Shown: positions 17,978 to 27,672 of the stretch, piece after piece | How the letters are laid out: every line of letters starts with the position of its first letter | Numbering within the stretch: position 1 is the stretch's first letter | Assembly: GCA_902500205.1 (NCBI GenBank) | Contig: GCA_902500205.1_4868.1 | Direction: 5' to 3' (one strand) | Origin: Escherichia coli | Lineage (GTDB): Bacteria > Pseudomonadota > Gammaproteobacteria > Enterobacterales > Enterobacteriaceae | Length of the DNA: 64,000 bases | Notes under the pieces: generated by a model | What the model was told of the DNA's origin: nothing | The model's database searches: none | The model's input: only the letters and a program-made list of their open reading frames with translations | Program-made: the position numbers and the translations under genes

Positions 17978-18739
17978 ATGAAAATGAAAACTATCAATCT
18001 GCTCACTCTGGCTAATGGCTCTATCGAACGTAACGAAGACGACGGTGCTATCCTGCAAGCAACCAACGGCTTTAAAATTATACTGTCCCCAATTCAATTC
18101 ACCGGCTTACAAGTCTGGCTGCGCGAAATCAACAAACGCAAACTGCCGCGCCGTATGGCGGTTGGTGACCTGCTCTTTACACTGGATAACGTTGACGGTG
18201 TTAAACCGGAACTGTACGAAGTTCAGTACAAAGCCGCAGTCGATACACTGCGACTGAAGAAAGGGGAAGAAATCAAATTCATTCCGGTGACCTATAATGG
18301 TAACACTTACCTGCAGATGGAAGACACCCCGTTCGCTGTGCACGTCACTGACACTGTTGTTGAACTGGCCATTGCCATTGGTCTGGTTGCGACTCCGGCG
18401 GTACTGGAAGTCAGCGAAGATCCACTGCAGGATTTCGGTACGCTGTTCGAAACCGTGCTGGGTGGCATGAAGCTCGGGAACATCACCAAGGTCATCCGCC
18501 GTATTCCGATTCGGAATGCGCAGCCGAAAGTGATGACGCTGGCAGAAAGCATGACGGAACACCCGGAGCTGACTGCTGAAGAAATTCAGGCGCAAGAAGT
18601 CGCAGCTGAAGAAGAACGTCAGAACGCCCAGCGTGAAGCCATGAAGCCGTTCCGTGGTTTCCTGGATGCTATCTTCGACTGTGCGAACTCGCTGATGAAA
18701 CCAGTTGAAGTGAAAACCGCTGAAGAACCAGCAGCGTAA
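17978..18739 (+). CDS. Hypothetical protein
   Basis: ORF after promoter element; second ATG at 17984 has better RBS spacing. Confidence 0.5.
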   Translation: MKMKTINLLTLANGSIERNEDDGAILQATNGFKIILSPIQFTGLQVWLREINKRKLPRRMAVGDLLFTLDNVDGVKPELYEVQYKAAVDTLRLKKGEEIKFIPVTYNGNTYLQMEDTPFAVHVTDTVVELAIAIGLVATPAVLEVSEDPLQDFGTLFETVLGGMKLGNITKVIRRIPIRNAQPKVMTLAESMTEHPELTAEEIQAQEVAAEEERQNAQREAMKPFRGFLDAIFDCANSLMKPVEVKTAEEPAA

Positions 18740-18797
18740 ATATTACGTTAGCCTGAAACCGTATGTAATCGACCACTAATCTTAAGGAGTATTTATA

Positions 18798-19343
18798 ATG
18801 AAACGTGTCAATCTTAAAGATATTATTAGCGTAAGTAACGATAAATCATCGCCCCTTTGGGATGAGGTTACTACGCTGCAATTTAGTACCAGTGTCATGT
18901 CAATCCCACGTCCAGTTATGATTGGTTTGGGCGTATTCATTTTAGAATGTGACCGTCGCTCAGCAGGCACGCACATTCTAACGTACGGTGGGTACGAGTT
19001 TGTCGTCGAAAGCGAACTTAACAAACATTGCTCAGAGGGCATCATCGGTCTTTGGAAATACTTAATCGATGCGGGATTGTCCGACATGTCTAAAGTCTGT
19101 AGTCACGATTACGGTAAGTTGGAACATTTTGTTCGTCGTAACGGTGAGCGTGTTCCGGTGACGATTGATGGTTACCAGACCAAAATGGTCACCGCGCCTT
19201 ACAGCGCTGAGGGGATACGTGCAACGCTTTACATTCGCCAGACGCTCGTACGTGATGACCTGTTAGACGAAGCAGAGCAAACTCTACATGGTCGTGTTGT
19301 GAACCTCGCACCGTCTTACGACGCGCAGCGTATGGTTCAATGA
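18798..19343 (+). CDS. Hypothetical protein
   Basis: RBS CTTAAGGAGTATT; 181 aa. Confidence 0.55.
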   Translation: MKRVNLKDIISVSNDKSSPLWDEVTTLQFSTSVMSIPRPVMIGLGVFILECDRRSAGTHILTYGGYEFVVESELNKHCSEGIIGLWKYLIDAGLSDMSKVCSHDYGKLEHFVRRNGERVPVTIDGYQTKMVTAPYSAEGIRATLYIRQTLVRDDLLDEAEQTLHGRVVNLAPSYDAQRMVQ

Positions 19344-19350
19344 TTTAATA

Positions 19351-19379
19351 AGGTGGCCTAACAAGCCACCTTCTTTTTT
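19351..19379 (+). terminator. Rho-independent terminator
   Basis: Hairpin aggtggc-ctaacaa-gccacct plus T-run. Confidence 0.6.
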
Positions 19380-19390
19380 GGGATTGTGTG

Positions 19391-19762
19391 ATGACTGATA
19401 AATTTAAATTTGAGATGACGCCAGAAACCGCAAACGTAGAACCGCAGATTCGCCTCCGTGTACGAGATGACGAATACTGTCTAGCGATAGTTGAAGAAGA
19501 CCTGGCAGAGGCCTTGTTGCTGCTCGGCGACAGAGAATGGCTTGGCACGCTAACTATTAGGCTTAAGAGGCCGTTGGTTGGTAGTGGGATGTTTGCAGGT
19601 TGCTGTACGAACAGTCTGTTGGTCGAAGTGGATGCCAGAACGGTATCACTGTCGGTGATTCTGGACTATCCGGTGACATTCTCGTATAGCCGTCTTGAAT
19701 TTAGTCGTTATTTACGCCACGCAATGAAAGAATTATCTAAAGCCCGTAGGAGCAAACCGTGA
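19391..19762 (+). CDS. Hypothetical protein
   Basis: ATG 19391; stop overlaps GTG start of DHFR. Confidence 0.5.
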   Translation: MTDKFKFEMTPETANVEPQIRLRVRDDEYCLAIVEEDLAEALLLLGDREWLGTLTIRLKRPLVGSGMFAGCCTNSLLVEVDARTVSLSVILDYPVTFSYSRLEFSRYLRHAMKELSKARRSKP

Positions 19763-20310
19763 AACTCTCTATTATCGTCGCGATGGACCGCAACAACGCC
19801 ATCGGTAAAAACAATGAACTGCCGTGGCGTCTGCCTGCCGACCTGGCTAACTTTAAGGCAATCACCACAGGGAAGAACGTTATCATGGGCAGTAAGACCT
19901 GGGAATCGTTAGGTTGTCGTCCTTTGCCTAACCGCGGCAACTTAATTGTTACTCGTAACCCAGAAGGGTATATCAGTGGCCGGGAAGAACACACGGACAT
20001 GCGTTTGGTGACGTTTCACACGAGTATTGATTTAGCCATCAAAGCTCTGGAACGTATCGAGAAAGATACCGGAAAAGAGCAAGAGGTGATGATTATTGGT
20101 GGCGCATCAGTTTATCAACAAACCCTCGCTCGTGCGGATCGTATTTATCTATCGCGTATTGACATTGCTGTTGAAGGTGCAGATGCTTTCTTCCCAGAAA
20201 TCGACAGAGATGTTTTTCAAGTCGACTACACCATGACCCATTTACCCGACGGCCAGAAACACACGCACCGTTGGACGTATCAAATTTTAAATCGTATCGC
20301 TGGAGTTTAA
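19759..20310 (+). CDS. Dihydrofolate reductase
   Basis: GTG start with TAGGAG RBS; N-terminus LSIIVAMDRNNAIGKNNELPWRLPADL and MIIGGASVYQ match the DHFR fold signature. Confidence 0.85.
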   Translation: MKLSIIVAMDRNNAIGKNNELPWRLPADLANFKAITTGKNVIMGSKTWESLGCRPLPNRGNLIVTRNPEGYISGREEHTDMRLVTFHTSIDLAIKALERIEKDTGKEQEVMIIGGASVYQQTLARADRIYLSRIDIAVEGADAFFPEIDRDVFQVDYTMTHLPDGQKHTHRWTYQILNRIAGV

Positions 20311-20311
20311 A

Positions 20312-20641
20312 GTGGAAAAGAAATCTGTTAAGGGTTACGTGATGGAAGTAACCCCAAAAGCGGCTGAACTGGCGAGAGAATATACCGGATGTATCGTGCC
20401 ACTGACCTCAATCGTGGTGTGTGAGGGTTCCTTCTATCTCATCTTCGGCAGTAATGAGCCGGTCTATGCGTACATCGATGACCCTGATCAAGTTACAGCC
20501 CTCTCTATTGCGATGGGTAAAAGATTATCAGACAAGATGATTGAATTCGTTGTCGGGAAAACGATGGACATTATCCGCAATCCGGTTGGACACAGCGGAA
20601 TAAAATGTAAGAAGTGGCAGCTAGCTTGGCTGGCACACTAA
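20312..20641 (+). CDS. Hypothetical protein
   Basis: GTG 20312 with GGAG RBS; alternative ATG 20342. Confidence 0.45.
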   Translation: MEKKSVKGYVMEVTPKAAELAREYTGCIVPLTSIVVCEGSFYLIFGSNEPVYAYIDDPDQVTALSIAMGKRLSDKMIEFVVGKTMDIIRNPVGHSGIKCKKWQLAWLAH

Positions 20642-20668
20642 ACGGTTATCTTCTTAAGGAGTATTAAA

Positions 20669-21259
20669 ATGCTTAGTGAACGTGCGCCCCGTTTAGAAGC
20701 GGCGGTATTGAAAATTGAACGTGTGAATATCAAATTGTTATCGAACGATGTTGGTCGGGCATCGTACAGTGACTTATGGAGTATCCCCGCACCACCGCGT
20801 ACGTTGGTGGTGAACTGGTTAACGAATCGTTTGGGCTCATGCGATGTTAAAGCCAAGGATGTCGTACTAACGCTACCTGACGGCAAAACAACTACCGGCG
20901 ATGTGTTGATTGCCAGTGGTTCTAAATTGCGTATGGGCGATATTCGTTTGGGTGAGTCCTATCTTCCGGACGGTATGCGACCTATGCCGATTGGCGAGGT
21001 AGAAAACCGAATTCTGGAAAAAGAAAGAGTGCTGGCGTTCATACGCCGCCCTCCGGATAGCACGGTGTCGTTTAAGCAACGTAAACCGGCTGCAGACAAC
21101 ACACCCGTTGTCGAGTGGCTCGAAAAGTATTTTGGCGAATATGGCATCGGTCCTGATGAGGTCATTCTCATCAACGGCCACGCCATGATGCCGTTTAAGC
21201 CCAGCCCGTATTACACGATGGGACAACTGCGCGCTTCCTTCAAAGGGAAAGCACGCTAA
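20669..21259 (+). CDS. Hypothetical protein
   Basis: RBS CTTAAGGAGTATT; 196 aa. Confidence 0.55.
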   Translation: MLSERAPRLEAAVLKIERVNIKLLSNDVGRASYSDLWSIPAPPRTLVVNWLTNRLGSCDVKAKDVVLTLPDGKTTTGDVLIASGSKLRMGDIRLGESYLPDGMRPMPIGEVENRILEKERVLAFIRRPPDSTVSFKQRKPAADNTPVVEWLEKYFGEYGIGPDEVILINGHAMMPFKPSPYYTMGQLRASFKGKAR

Positions 21260-21265
21260 AGTGTG

Positions 21266-21294
21266 GGGGACTTCGGTCCCCTTTCTTTTTTTTT
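21266..21294 (+). terminator. Rho-independent terminator
   Basis: Hairpin ggggac-TTCG-gtcccc plus T-run. Confidence 0.75.
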
Positions 21295-21335
21295 GCGTTT
21301 TAGGCCAGTGATATGACTACAACGAGGGACAGCTA

Positions 21336-22838
21336 ATGCAACAGTATTTTGAAATTCCATCGTTGGACAAGACCATGCGCAAAGCTGTGGTCGACGGCGT
21401 CGTAGAACGTGTGCTAAACGAATCTGGTATTGAACGTGCCAGTGTTGTTTTCACGGATAGCTTCAACACCGCCCATCAGCCAGGCTCTACGCTCGGCGAT
21501 GAGACACCGGTGGACTATTCAGCACCGAACCGTGTCTACGTCGAAGTGGAAGAAGAACGCGATGAACGTGCACGCATTAACCGTCAAGTTGGGTTAGCGG
21601 CAGAGATTCCATTCTTCCATAACCCCGAAGACCAAGTACGCGCTGCTCCTGTCCGCGTAATGTATAACGTGACCATCACGCTCCGGCGTGTCGGCCCATC
21701 GCGTGACGAATTGTTACGTTGGGCGAACCGCCTGGATTCACTTATCGACATGGGTCGCTATTCAACCATGACGGAATCCGAAGCGTACTACTTGATTCCA
21801 AAACCTGCGCTTAAGCTATTGAACGAATGCTATATCGCCGCAGGGACCCGTGTGCCGAAATACGATGACTTTAAAGATTATCTAAAGGCGCACTTCACAC
21901 CCGACGTTTTCACCACAGGTAATGTTGCCGGTGGTCAGAATGTCTTAGCGGTACGCTACGCACCAACCCGTATCGAGACGGTTTACGATGTTATCTCTCC
22001 TACCTGGGATAACGACGAAAACCATTACGAGACCAGCTTCGTTATACGCTTCTCGTATCAGCGACCAGAAGAGGTGGTGATTACCTACCCGTACATTATC
22101 AACCAGACACCGTTGCCTGATGAATGGTGGCCTGAGATAGACCCACCGTTTGTGAGTAATGAAGAGGGCGTGCAACGTCACCAACAGCAAAAGAACCTCG
22201 ACGGCACTTGGTGGATTAATGAATCTCGCCAGTTCTTACGCCTACCGTATCTGCTGTCACCGACAGAACAGTTCGAACGTACACACTCGCCTCTAAAAGC
22301 AAAGCTTTTGCATGTGTTCGGCACCGATGTAGCCTTCGGTGAAGAAAACATGATCGACCCTGAGGTTTGTAGTATCGATGATTTACCGTATGTCTGGAAT
22401 GCCGACGTGGTTCCTTATATCGAGCACTGTCGCACGATAGACCCGACAGGTCAGACGGGCATTATCCGTATGGAATTGTTCGAGAATGGTCAAATCATTG
22501 AACCACGTTTCTACCATTGGGAAAACGGCGTCTTCTCGCTACGTAACCGTGAAGTTCATGTCGAGAAAGCGTACTACTTAACAGAGTCGGCAATACACGA
22601 CTGGCGTAATATGGACTTATGGCCACTGCATCTTTATCCAAAAGCGGCAAAAGTGCTTATTGAGTGGTTATTCCCAGATTGGGATTGCCCGGATTGGTGG
22701 TGGGATAAACCTGTGTTGCCACCAAGTGTGATTGATGAAATCACGAAGTTCTATCGCCGTGTCCTGTTGACGCAATTTAATACCACGATTATAGCCATCA
22801 GAGGAGCCGATAATGCTCAAGGCGAACAAGAGGGGTGA
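21336..22838 (+). CDS. Hypothetical protein
   Basis: 500-aa ORF. Confidence 0.55.
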   Translation: MQQYFEIPSLDKTMRKAVVDGVVERVLNESGIERASVVFTDSFNTAHQPGSTLGDETPVDYSAPNRVYVEVEEERDERARINRQVGLAAEIPFFHNPEDQVRAAPVRVMYNVTITLRRVGPSRDELLRWANRLDSLIDMGRYSTMTESEAYYLIPKPALKLLNECYIAAGTRVPKYDDFKDYLKAHFTPDVFTTGNVAGGQNVLAVRYAPTRIETVYDVISPTWDNDENHYETSFVIRFSYQRPEEVVITYPYIINQTPLPDEWWPEIDPPFVSNEEGVQRHQQQKNLDGTWWINESRQFLRLPYLLSPTEQFERTHSPLKAKLLHVFGTDVAFGEENMIDPEVCSIDDLPYVWNADVVPYIEHCRTIDPTGQTGIIRMELFENGQIIEPRFYHWENGVFSLRNREVHVEKAYYLTESAIHDWRNMDLWPLHLYPKAAKVLIEWLFPDWDCPDWWWDKPVLPPSVIDEITKFYRRVLLTQFNTTIIAIRGADNAQGEQEG

Positions 22839-24168
22839 TACTAAATTCGTTCCTGTTGAACCTGAAATTCCGATTATCAATAAACCGCAGGACGGGGTGA
22901 AAGAAGCCAGCAACTTGGTAACGATTCCAACCCGCACCACGGTAACGGACTTCGACAGGATTCCGAAACAGTATCTCCTGCAATACAACGAAGGTTCTGA
23001 ATGGCCGGTTGATTTTTATCACGCGTTGTCGGGTCGCAACGATCCGAAGACGATGTTCGATACTCAGAATGACAGCCCTACGCAACAGCTGCTTAAGATT
23101 GTTAATCTGTCATTACGCGTTAACGCACCGCTCGACCGTACGCAGGACGAACAACGTAAGACTTTCGAACTGACCGGGACGTCGACCCTGGTAGCATCGA
23201 TTACACCGAACGAGGGTGACTTCTTTGTTGCGCCGATAGGCGACCATCGCCACGGTCTGTTTAACATCACTGCCGTTACCCGAATGTCGAACAACAAAAT
23301 TGCAACGTACCAGATACGTTACACGATGTTGTACGAGATTACACCGCAGATTGCAGAGACGATTCGTCTGTGCACTGTGAGAACGCTCCATTACGTCCGT
23401 GAGCGCGCGTGGACCGGTGGTGATACCTTACTGACCCCCAACGAGTATCGTACGTTCCTGGAGCTGGGAGACCGCATTAAGGACATTGAGACGACGTTTG
23501 TTCGCCGTTTCTACGATACCAGTTTAGAAACCCTCGCCTATCCACGTGACTGGAAACTCGACGGGTTAAAGGCGGGGGGTTATTACGACGTTTTCTTGGC
23601 GATGTTTGTGAAGGCTATTGGTCTTCGAACCGTTGGTAAAGATATCCGTATTTACCCACACCCGCCGAAACCTGTGCAGGATATCGAAACACTGTTCACG
23701 GTGTTGTTAAATCAACAGCCAGAACTGCTACCGTACGTCGAGAAAGAATGCAGCGCAGTTAACCCGCGCACATTCAGAACGATGCAGACCCGCAACACTA
23801 TTGCATGGTCACAGTTCAGTTCGACGCGTTACTTTACATCACAGATTCGTCAGTTGGCAACGTACGATGGGGAGTGGCCAGAGTTCGAAGCATTCGAACC
23901 GGTTATGTTCCCTGAGTATCAGGGCAACGCAGGCGAGGATATGGTGGCTTTTCTGCCGTTGACGTATAAACCCTACCTGTTAAGCGAAACGTTCTATAGC
24001 GGCTCGTACAGCTCGGTTCTGGAGCATTGTTTGTACCTGTATCTGAACAAACAACCAGTACCTAGTGAAGTGGCTGCGCGTTTAGCAGAATTGGTACTGG
24101 CTTTACCGAAGGACAGTCAGTTCTATTACGTCCCGATGGTCTACGTGATTTTGAAATACGCGAGGTAG
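22813..24168 (+). CDS. Hypothetical protein
   Basis: 451-aa ORF overlapping previous gene by 26 nt. Confidence 0.55.
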   Translation: MLKANKRGDTKFVPVEPEIPIINKPQDGVKEASNLVTIPTRTTVTDFDRIPKQYLLQYNEGSEWPVDFYHALSGRNDPKTMFDTQNDSPTQQLLKIVNLSLRVNAPLDRTQDEQRKTFELTGTSTLVASITPNEGDFFVAPIGDHRHGLFNITAVTRMSNNKIATYQIRYTMLYEITPQIAETIRLCTVRTLHYVRERAWTGGDTLLTPNEYRTFLELGDRIKDIETTFVRRFYDTSLETLAYPRDWKLDGLKAGGYYDVFLAMFVKAIGLRTVGKDIRIYPHPPKPVQDIETLFTVLLNQQPELLPYVEKECSAVNPRTFRTMQTRNTIAWSQFSSTRYFTSQIRQLATYDGEWPEFEAFEPVMFPEYQGNAGEDMVAFLPLTYKPYLLSETFYSGSYSSVLEHCLYLYLNKQPVPSEVAARLAELVLALPKDSQFYYVPMVYVILKYAR

Positions 24169-24170
24169 TA

Positions 24171-24710
24171 ATGTCGGAGAAGAAGCGCAGTGCAGCATTT
24201 ATGCTGTTTAAAGCGTGGGTGTTCTTCCGGGTACCGGAATACGCAACCATCACAACCTACGCCAGTCAGGAACACGGATTGTTCTTACCAGAAGACCCGA
24301 AGAAACGACAAGCGTTGTTACTGAACATGAAGCCTATCTATCTGCACCCCTCAGAAGCTGCTGAGTATTTAGCGACAGGTGGTGCGTTGGATGTACACGA
24401 CCCGCATGACGGGATTAAAGTGTACGGGTGGATTATGGAACACCTTGCGGACTGGCTGAACTATCTGGAGAACCCGACGCTGATTTACCGGGAAGTCCCT
24501 ATCGAAGGGTTGCGTCAGTTCAATGTGTTGGCTTCGAAACTGTTTCCTGTGGCTAACCGCTACGGGTATTTCAAGAAACCCACTGCAACGATGGCGGACT
24601 GTGTTCAGTCGTTATTTGGGCAGGTCCGCCTGGAGTCTAAACTCCACCGTTTTAATGATACGATTATGAAACGTATTGAGTACGCTTATAGAGCCCGAGG
24701 AGGTCGCTAA
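24171..24710 (+). CDS. Hypothetical protein
   Basis: 179-aa ORF. Confidence 0.5.
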   Translation: MSEKKRSAAFMLFKAWVFFRVPEYATITTYASQEHGLFLPEDPKKRQALLLNMKPIYLHPSEAAEYLATGGALDVHDPHDGIKVYGWIMEHLADWLNYLENPTLIYREVPIEGLRQFNVLASKLFPVANRYGYFKKPTATMADCVQSLFGQVRLESKLHRFNDTIMKRIEYAYRARGGR

Positions 24711-26023
24711 TGTCGTTTGGTCGGTTACAACAGATGGCGAACGGTCACATCGCTAATGCTCGGGGGTTACCGGCTATCGACTACGGGATATTCCTCACGG
24801 TACACGGCGCCCCAGTGACGGTGTTGAAGATGCTGTCTATCATTCACACCGGTCACTTTACGCGTGATATCTGTTTGTTGACACATCTCACCCTGGCTAT
24901 ACCCTACAGCCACATGCGAATGATCACATCGTCCGCAGAAGGGGATTTGAAGGTAAAGCTGTTACTGCGGCGTGGACAGAAAATCGCGGGGGTCTTTAAC
25001 TACCGCGGCATCGTGATAAATAACCGCGACCACAACGCGGAATCACCGACGATGTTCTTGAGTCAGTCTGATGAGAAATCTATCGCATTGGTAACATTGG
25101 AGCTGATGGATGAGTCGATGTGGTTCCTGCGTAATCGTCAAGTGGGCGGCATCTACCACGAAACAGATGGGTTAACAGTGGCTCGCTCGATATTGGCGGA
25201 TACGTTGCCGGAAGGGGTGGCTGCAGAGGGGCAGTTGAAAGGGATTGAATACGATGAAGAAGAACAGCAGGCATATCGGGACATCGTTATACCAGACTCC
25301 GAAGACTTCTTAAGCGTGTTTGATTATCTGCAGAACCATTACGGTGTTTACAGCAAAGGTATTGGAGTCTTCCAATACCTACAACGTTGGTATCTGTATC
25401 GACCTTGGGACTCGTTGAAGTTTAATAACACAACGAAGCCTAAACTGGTCATTTATAACTTGCCTCGTGAACAGGCTGCTCACATTGACCGCACCACCGA
25501 TATCGCGGGTAATGTTATCTATCTGATTTGTGGCGGCGACACCAGTAGTTTGGAATACCGTGACCAGACCGCGCTTAACCAGGGTACGGGTTACCGGGTA
25601 GGGTCTGTACGTGTGTTGGATGGGCGTAGTAGTTCATTTACGCCTGGCGACATCAGTATGACCACACCTGATAAATTTGTGGCACAGGCCGACCCTGCTG
25701 CGTATCCAGGCGGCGTGGTTAACGCACCAATCGATCCTGATAAACACTTTAGTGATACCGATAAACCGCAGCGGTCTAAACTGGAGATGGGTCTGGGTAC
25801 GATTGTGCAAACAACCTGGAACCGTTCAACGCACGGCATCCTATATCCCGGTATGCCAGTAAAATACGTTTTTGCCAACGAGTATGGGGTCTATACCCGC
25901 TACGGCACGTTGGTGGGGGAGGTGTTCCAGTCTGCTGTCGACGGTCAAACGATGGCATCAGGACGCTATAACACCCAATCACAACTGAGTCTTTGGCTCA
26001 AAGATGAAAAATTTACAGCTTAG
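24710..26023 (+). CDS. Hypothetical protein
   Basis: 437-aa ORF, start overlaps previous stop. Confidence 0.55.
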   Translation: MSFGRLQQMANGHIANARGLPAIDYGIFLTVHGAPVTVLKMLSIIHTGHFTRDICLLTHLTLAIPYSHMRMITSSAEGDLKVKLLLRRGQKIAGVFNYRGIVINNRDHNAESPTMFLSQSDEKSIALVTLELMDESMWFLRNRQVGGIYHETDGLTVARSILADTLPEGVAAEGQLKGIEYDEEEQQAYRDIVIPDSEDFLSVFDYLQNHYGVYSKGIGVFQYLQRWYLYRPWDSLKFNNTTKPKLVIYNLPREQAAHIDRTTDIAGNVIYLICGGDTSSLEYRDQTALNQGTGYRVGSVRVLDGRSSSFTPGDISMTTPDKFVAQADPAAYPGGVVNAPIDPDKHFSDTDKPQRSKLEMGLGTIVQTTWNRSTHGILYPGMPVKYVFANEYGVYTRYGTLVGEVFQSAVDGQTMASGRYNTQSQLSLWLKDEKFTA

Positions 26024-26066
26024 TCATCTAGTATGACCCGTAAGTAACCTTAAGGAAAATATTGCA

Positions 26067-26864
26067 ATGAAAGCGATTCACACCTTTCGCATGACCGGCC
26101 AAACTGTTCTCGACATTGATGCGTACGAAGCCGCTAATTTCACCAAACCGACCAAGCTCTGGGATCGCCTGGTTAAGGTACTGCCGCAAAGCGGTGAGGT
26201 GCAGTTGGATTTTGTCATGGCATCGACGTTGGATAAGACAGTGGCAGTTATTTATACTGCTGACGGTGTGCAGAGTAAGAAGGACCTGGCAATCGAAGAT
26301 AAAGGCGGGCTGGGTTATCACTTGTTCTTGCACTGCGTAACCACTGCACCGATTTCAGCAGCGCTGGCGGGTCAGTATGGTTTCGCGAATGCGTATTTCC
26401 TGGCACAGAAACTCGCCGTGAATGTTATTCCGGGTGACGTGACCACTTACCCTGAATACGTACAGCGTATCCTGCCAGAGCACTTCGCTGCAGACGACTA
26501 CGATTTCAACGTGTTCCGTTTCGCATTGATCGGCGAATCGCGCGATCCAGAATACACCGTTGGCTTGCGTGCTTGTCTGCGTCACTCCGTTATCTCTTCG
26601 GATGAAGGGATGTCGAATAACGTGAACGAAGTGTTCCCGATGATGCAAGTCGGTCCGTATATCACTTTCAACTCGTACATTCCGTTCCCGGCACAGATTC
26701 TGCCGCCACAGAACGATAACAGTGTACTGCCAATCGCCGATAAGTATTCACTGCGTGCGAGCGAAGCAGTTGAAGTGATTAACGATCGTCGCTTTACATT
26801 GTCAGTGACCAGCGGCATCAGTGAACCGGAAGTTGCGGTCTCTCAGAGCCTGGATTTGATGTAA
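26067..26864 (+). CDS. Hypothetical protein
   Basis: RBS CTTAAGGAAAATATT; 265 aa. Confidence 0.55.
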   Translation: MKAIHTFRMTGQTVLDIDAYEAANFTKPTKLWDRLVKVLPQSGEVQLDFVMASTLDKTVAVIYTADGVQSKKDLAIEDKGGLGYHLFLHCVTTAPISAALAGQYGFANAYFLAQKLAVNVIPGDVTTYPEYVQRILPEHFAADDYDFNVFRFALIGESRDPEYTVGLRACLRHSVISSDEGMSNNVNEVFPMMQVGPYITFNSYIPFPAQILPPQNDNSVLPIADKYSLRASEAVEVINDRRFTLSVTSGISEPEVAVSQSLDLM

Positions 26865-26871
26865 AAGTGTG

Positions 26872-26907
26872 CCTGGTCTCCTTGTGAGACCAGGTCTCTT
26901 TATTTTA
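26872..26907 (+). terminator. Rho-independent terminator
   Basis: Hairpin cctggtctc-cttgt-gagaccagg plus T-rich tail. Confidence 0.65.
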
Positions 26908-26908
26908 G

Positions 26909-27010
26909 CCCTCTAAACGCACTCACAACCTTCTAAAGCCTCTCTAACGGTAGAACGACCCTCTAAAGTGATAAAAGCTCTCAAAACGCGTTTGAGAGCG
27001 TTATAGAGGG
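26909..27010 (+). repeat. Intergenic direct-repeat block (CYCTCTAAA x4) with internal perfect palindrome and inverted terminal copy
   Basis: ccctctaaacg 26909, ccttctaaagcc 26929, ctctctaacgg 26940, ccctctaaagtg 26959, palindrome gctctcaaaacgcgtttgagagc 26977-26999, inverted ttatagaggg 27001. Confidence 0.5.
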
Positions 27011-27029
27011 TGTACTCTGAATAAAAATA

Positions 27030-27055
27030 ATTTCAGATATATATTACCTAGGTGA
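27030..27055 (+). promoter_or_regulatory. Phage promoter-like element, class 1
   Basis: Identical 26-mer to 17910..17935. Confidence 0.55.
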
Positions 27056-27106
27056 TAGAAGACAATCTATCAACTCAATCGACTATTAATCTAAAGGAGT
27101 ATTGCC

Positions 27107-27250
27107 ATGTTAACTCGTAACCATAAACGTGCCATCTTCGCCATCGTTGCTGTTGTTGCTTTCGCGGTACTGTCTATCACTGTAACTCAAGATTACAACA
27201 AGTGCATCGATAACGGTAACTCTGTTGCCATGTGTACAGGTCGCGGCTAA
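27107..27250 (+). CDS. Small membrane protein (47 aa, one TM helix); not in ORF track
   Basis: AAGGAG RBS; my translation MLTRNHKRAIFAIVAVVAFAVLSITVTQDYNKCIDNGNSVAMCTGRG; stop overlaps next start (TAATG). Confidence 0.5.
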   Translation: MLTRNHKRAIFAIVAVVAFAVLSITVTQDYNKCIDNGNSVAMCTGRG

Positions 27251-27432
27251 TGGACTTTTCTGATGCGCAGTTTGCCGAGTTCTTATCTCACCCGCGTGTT
27301 AAACGTGAGTGGGATAATCTCACTAACGGTGTTCGTCGTCAGGACGAAGAAGAAATCGTTCACGTTACCGCACAAGTCTTACTCGTCTCACCGACAGGTA
27401 ATGTGTTTCCAATGCAGCAGGAGATTTACTAA
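27250..27432 (+). CDS. Small hypothetical protein (60 aa)
   Basis: In-frame ATG of track ORF 27232; coupled to flanking genes. Confidence 0.45.
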   Translation: MDFSDAQFAEFLSHPRVKREWDNLTNGVRRQDEEEIVHVTAQVLLVSPTGNVFPMQQEIY

Positions 27433-27620
27433 TGGGCGTTTTAGTTAATTACGATGGTAAAAACGGAATCGTGCTCCGCGAAGTGGAAGATAACGAAACA
27501 GTAGAGGTGAATCCGCAAACCTCAGAACGTACGTTTATCGTGGGGCCGAAAAGCGCACTACCGAAGCCGGACTGGAAAGAAGAGCTGGCGAAGTTCCGTG
27601 GGGAACTCGGGAAGAAGTAG
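27432..27620 (+). CDS. Small hypothetical protein (62 aa)
   Basis: TAATG coupling with previous gene; followed by terminator. Confidence 0.5.
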   Translation: MGVLVNYDGKNGIVLREVEDNETVEVNPQTSERTFIVGPKSALPKPDWKEELAKFRGELGKK

Positions 27621-27632
27621 TATAGATAATTT

Positions 27633-27661
27633 AATACCACCTACGGGTGGTATTATTTTTT
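27633..27661 (+). terminator. Rho-independent terminator
   Basis: Hairpin aataccacc-tacg-ggtggtatt plus T-run. Confidence 0.7.
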
Positions 27662-27672
27662 GCCTAAGGAAC

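Noticed and set aside
26909-27010. Short direct repeats considered as a CRISPR-like array
   Set aside because: Repeats are 9 nt, irregularly spaced and few; no cas genes; not a CRISPR array.
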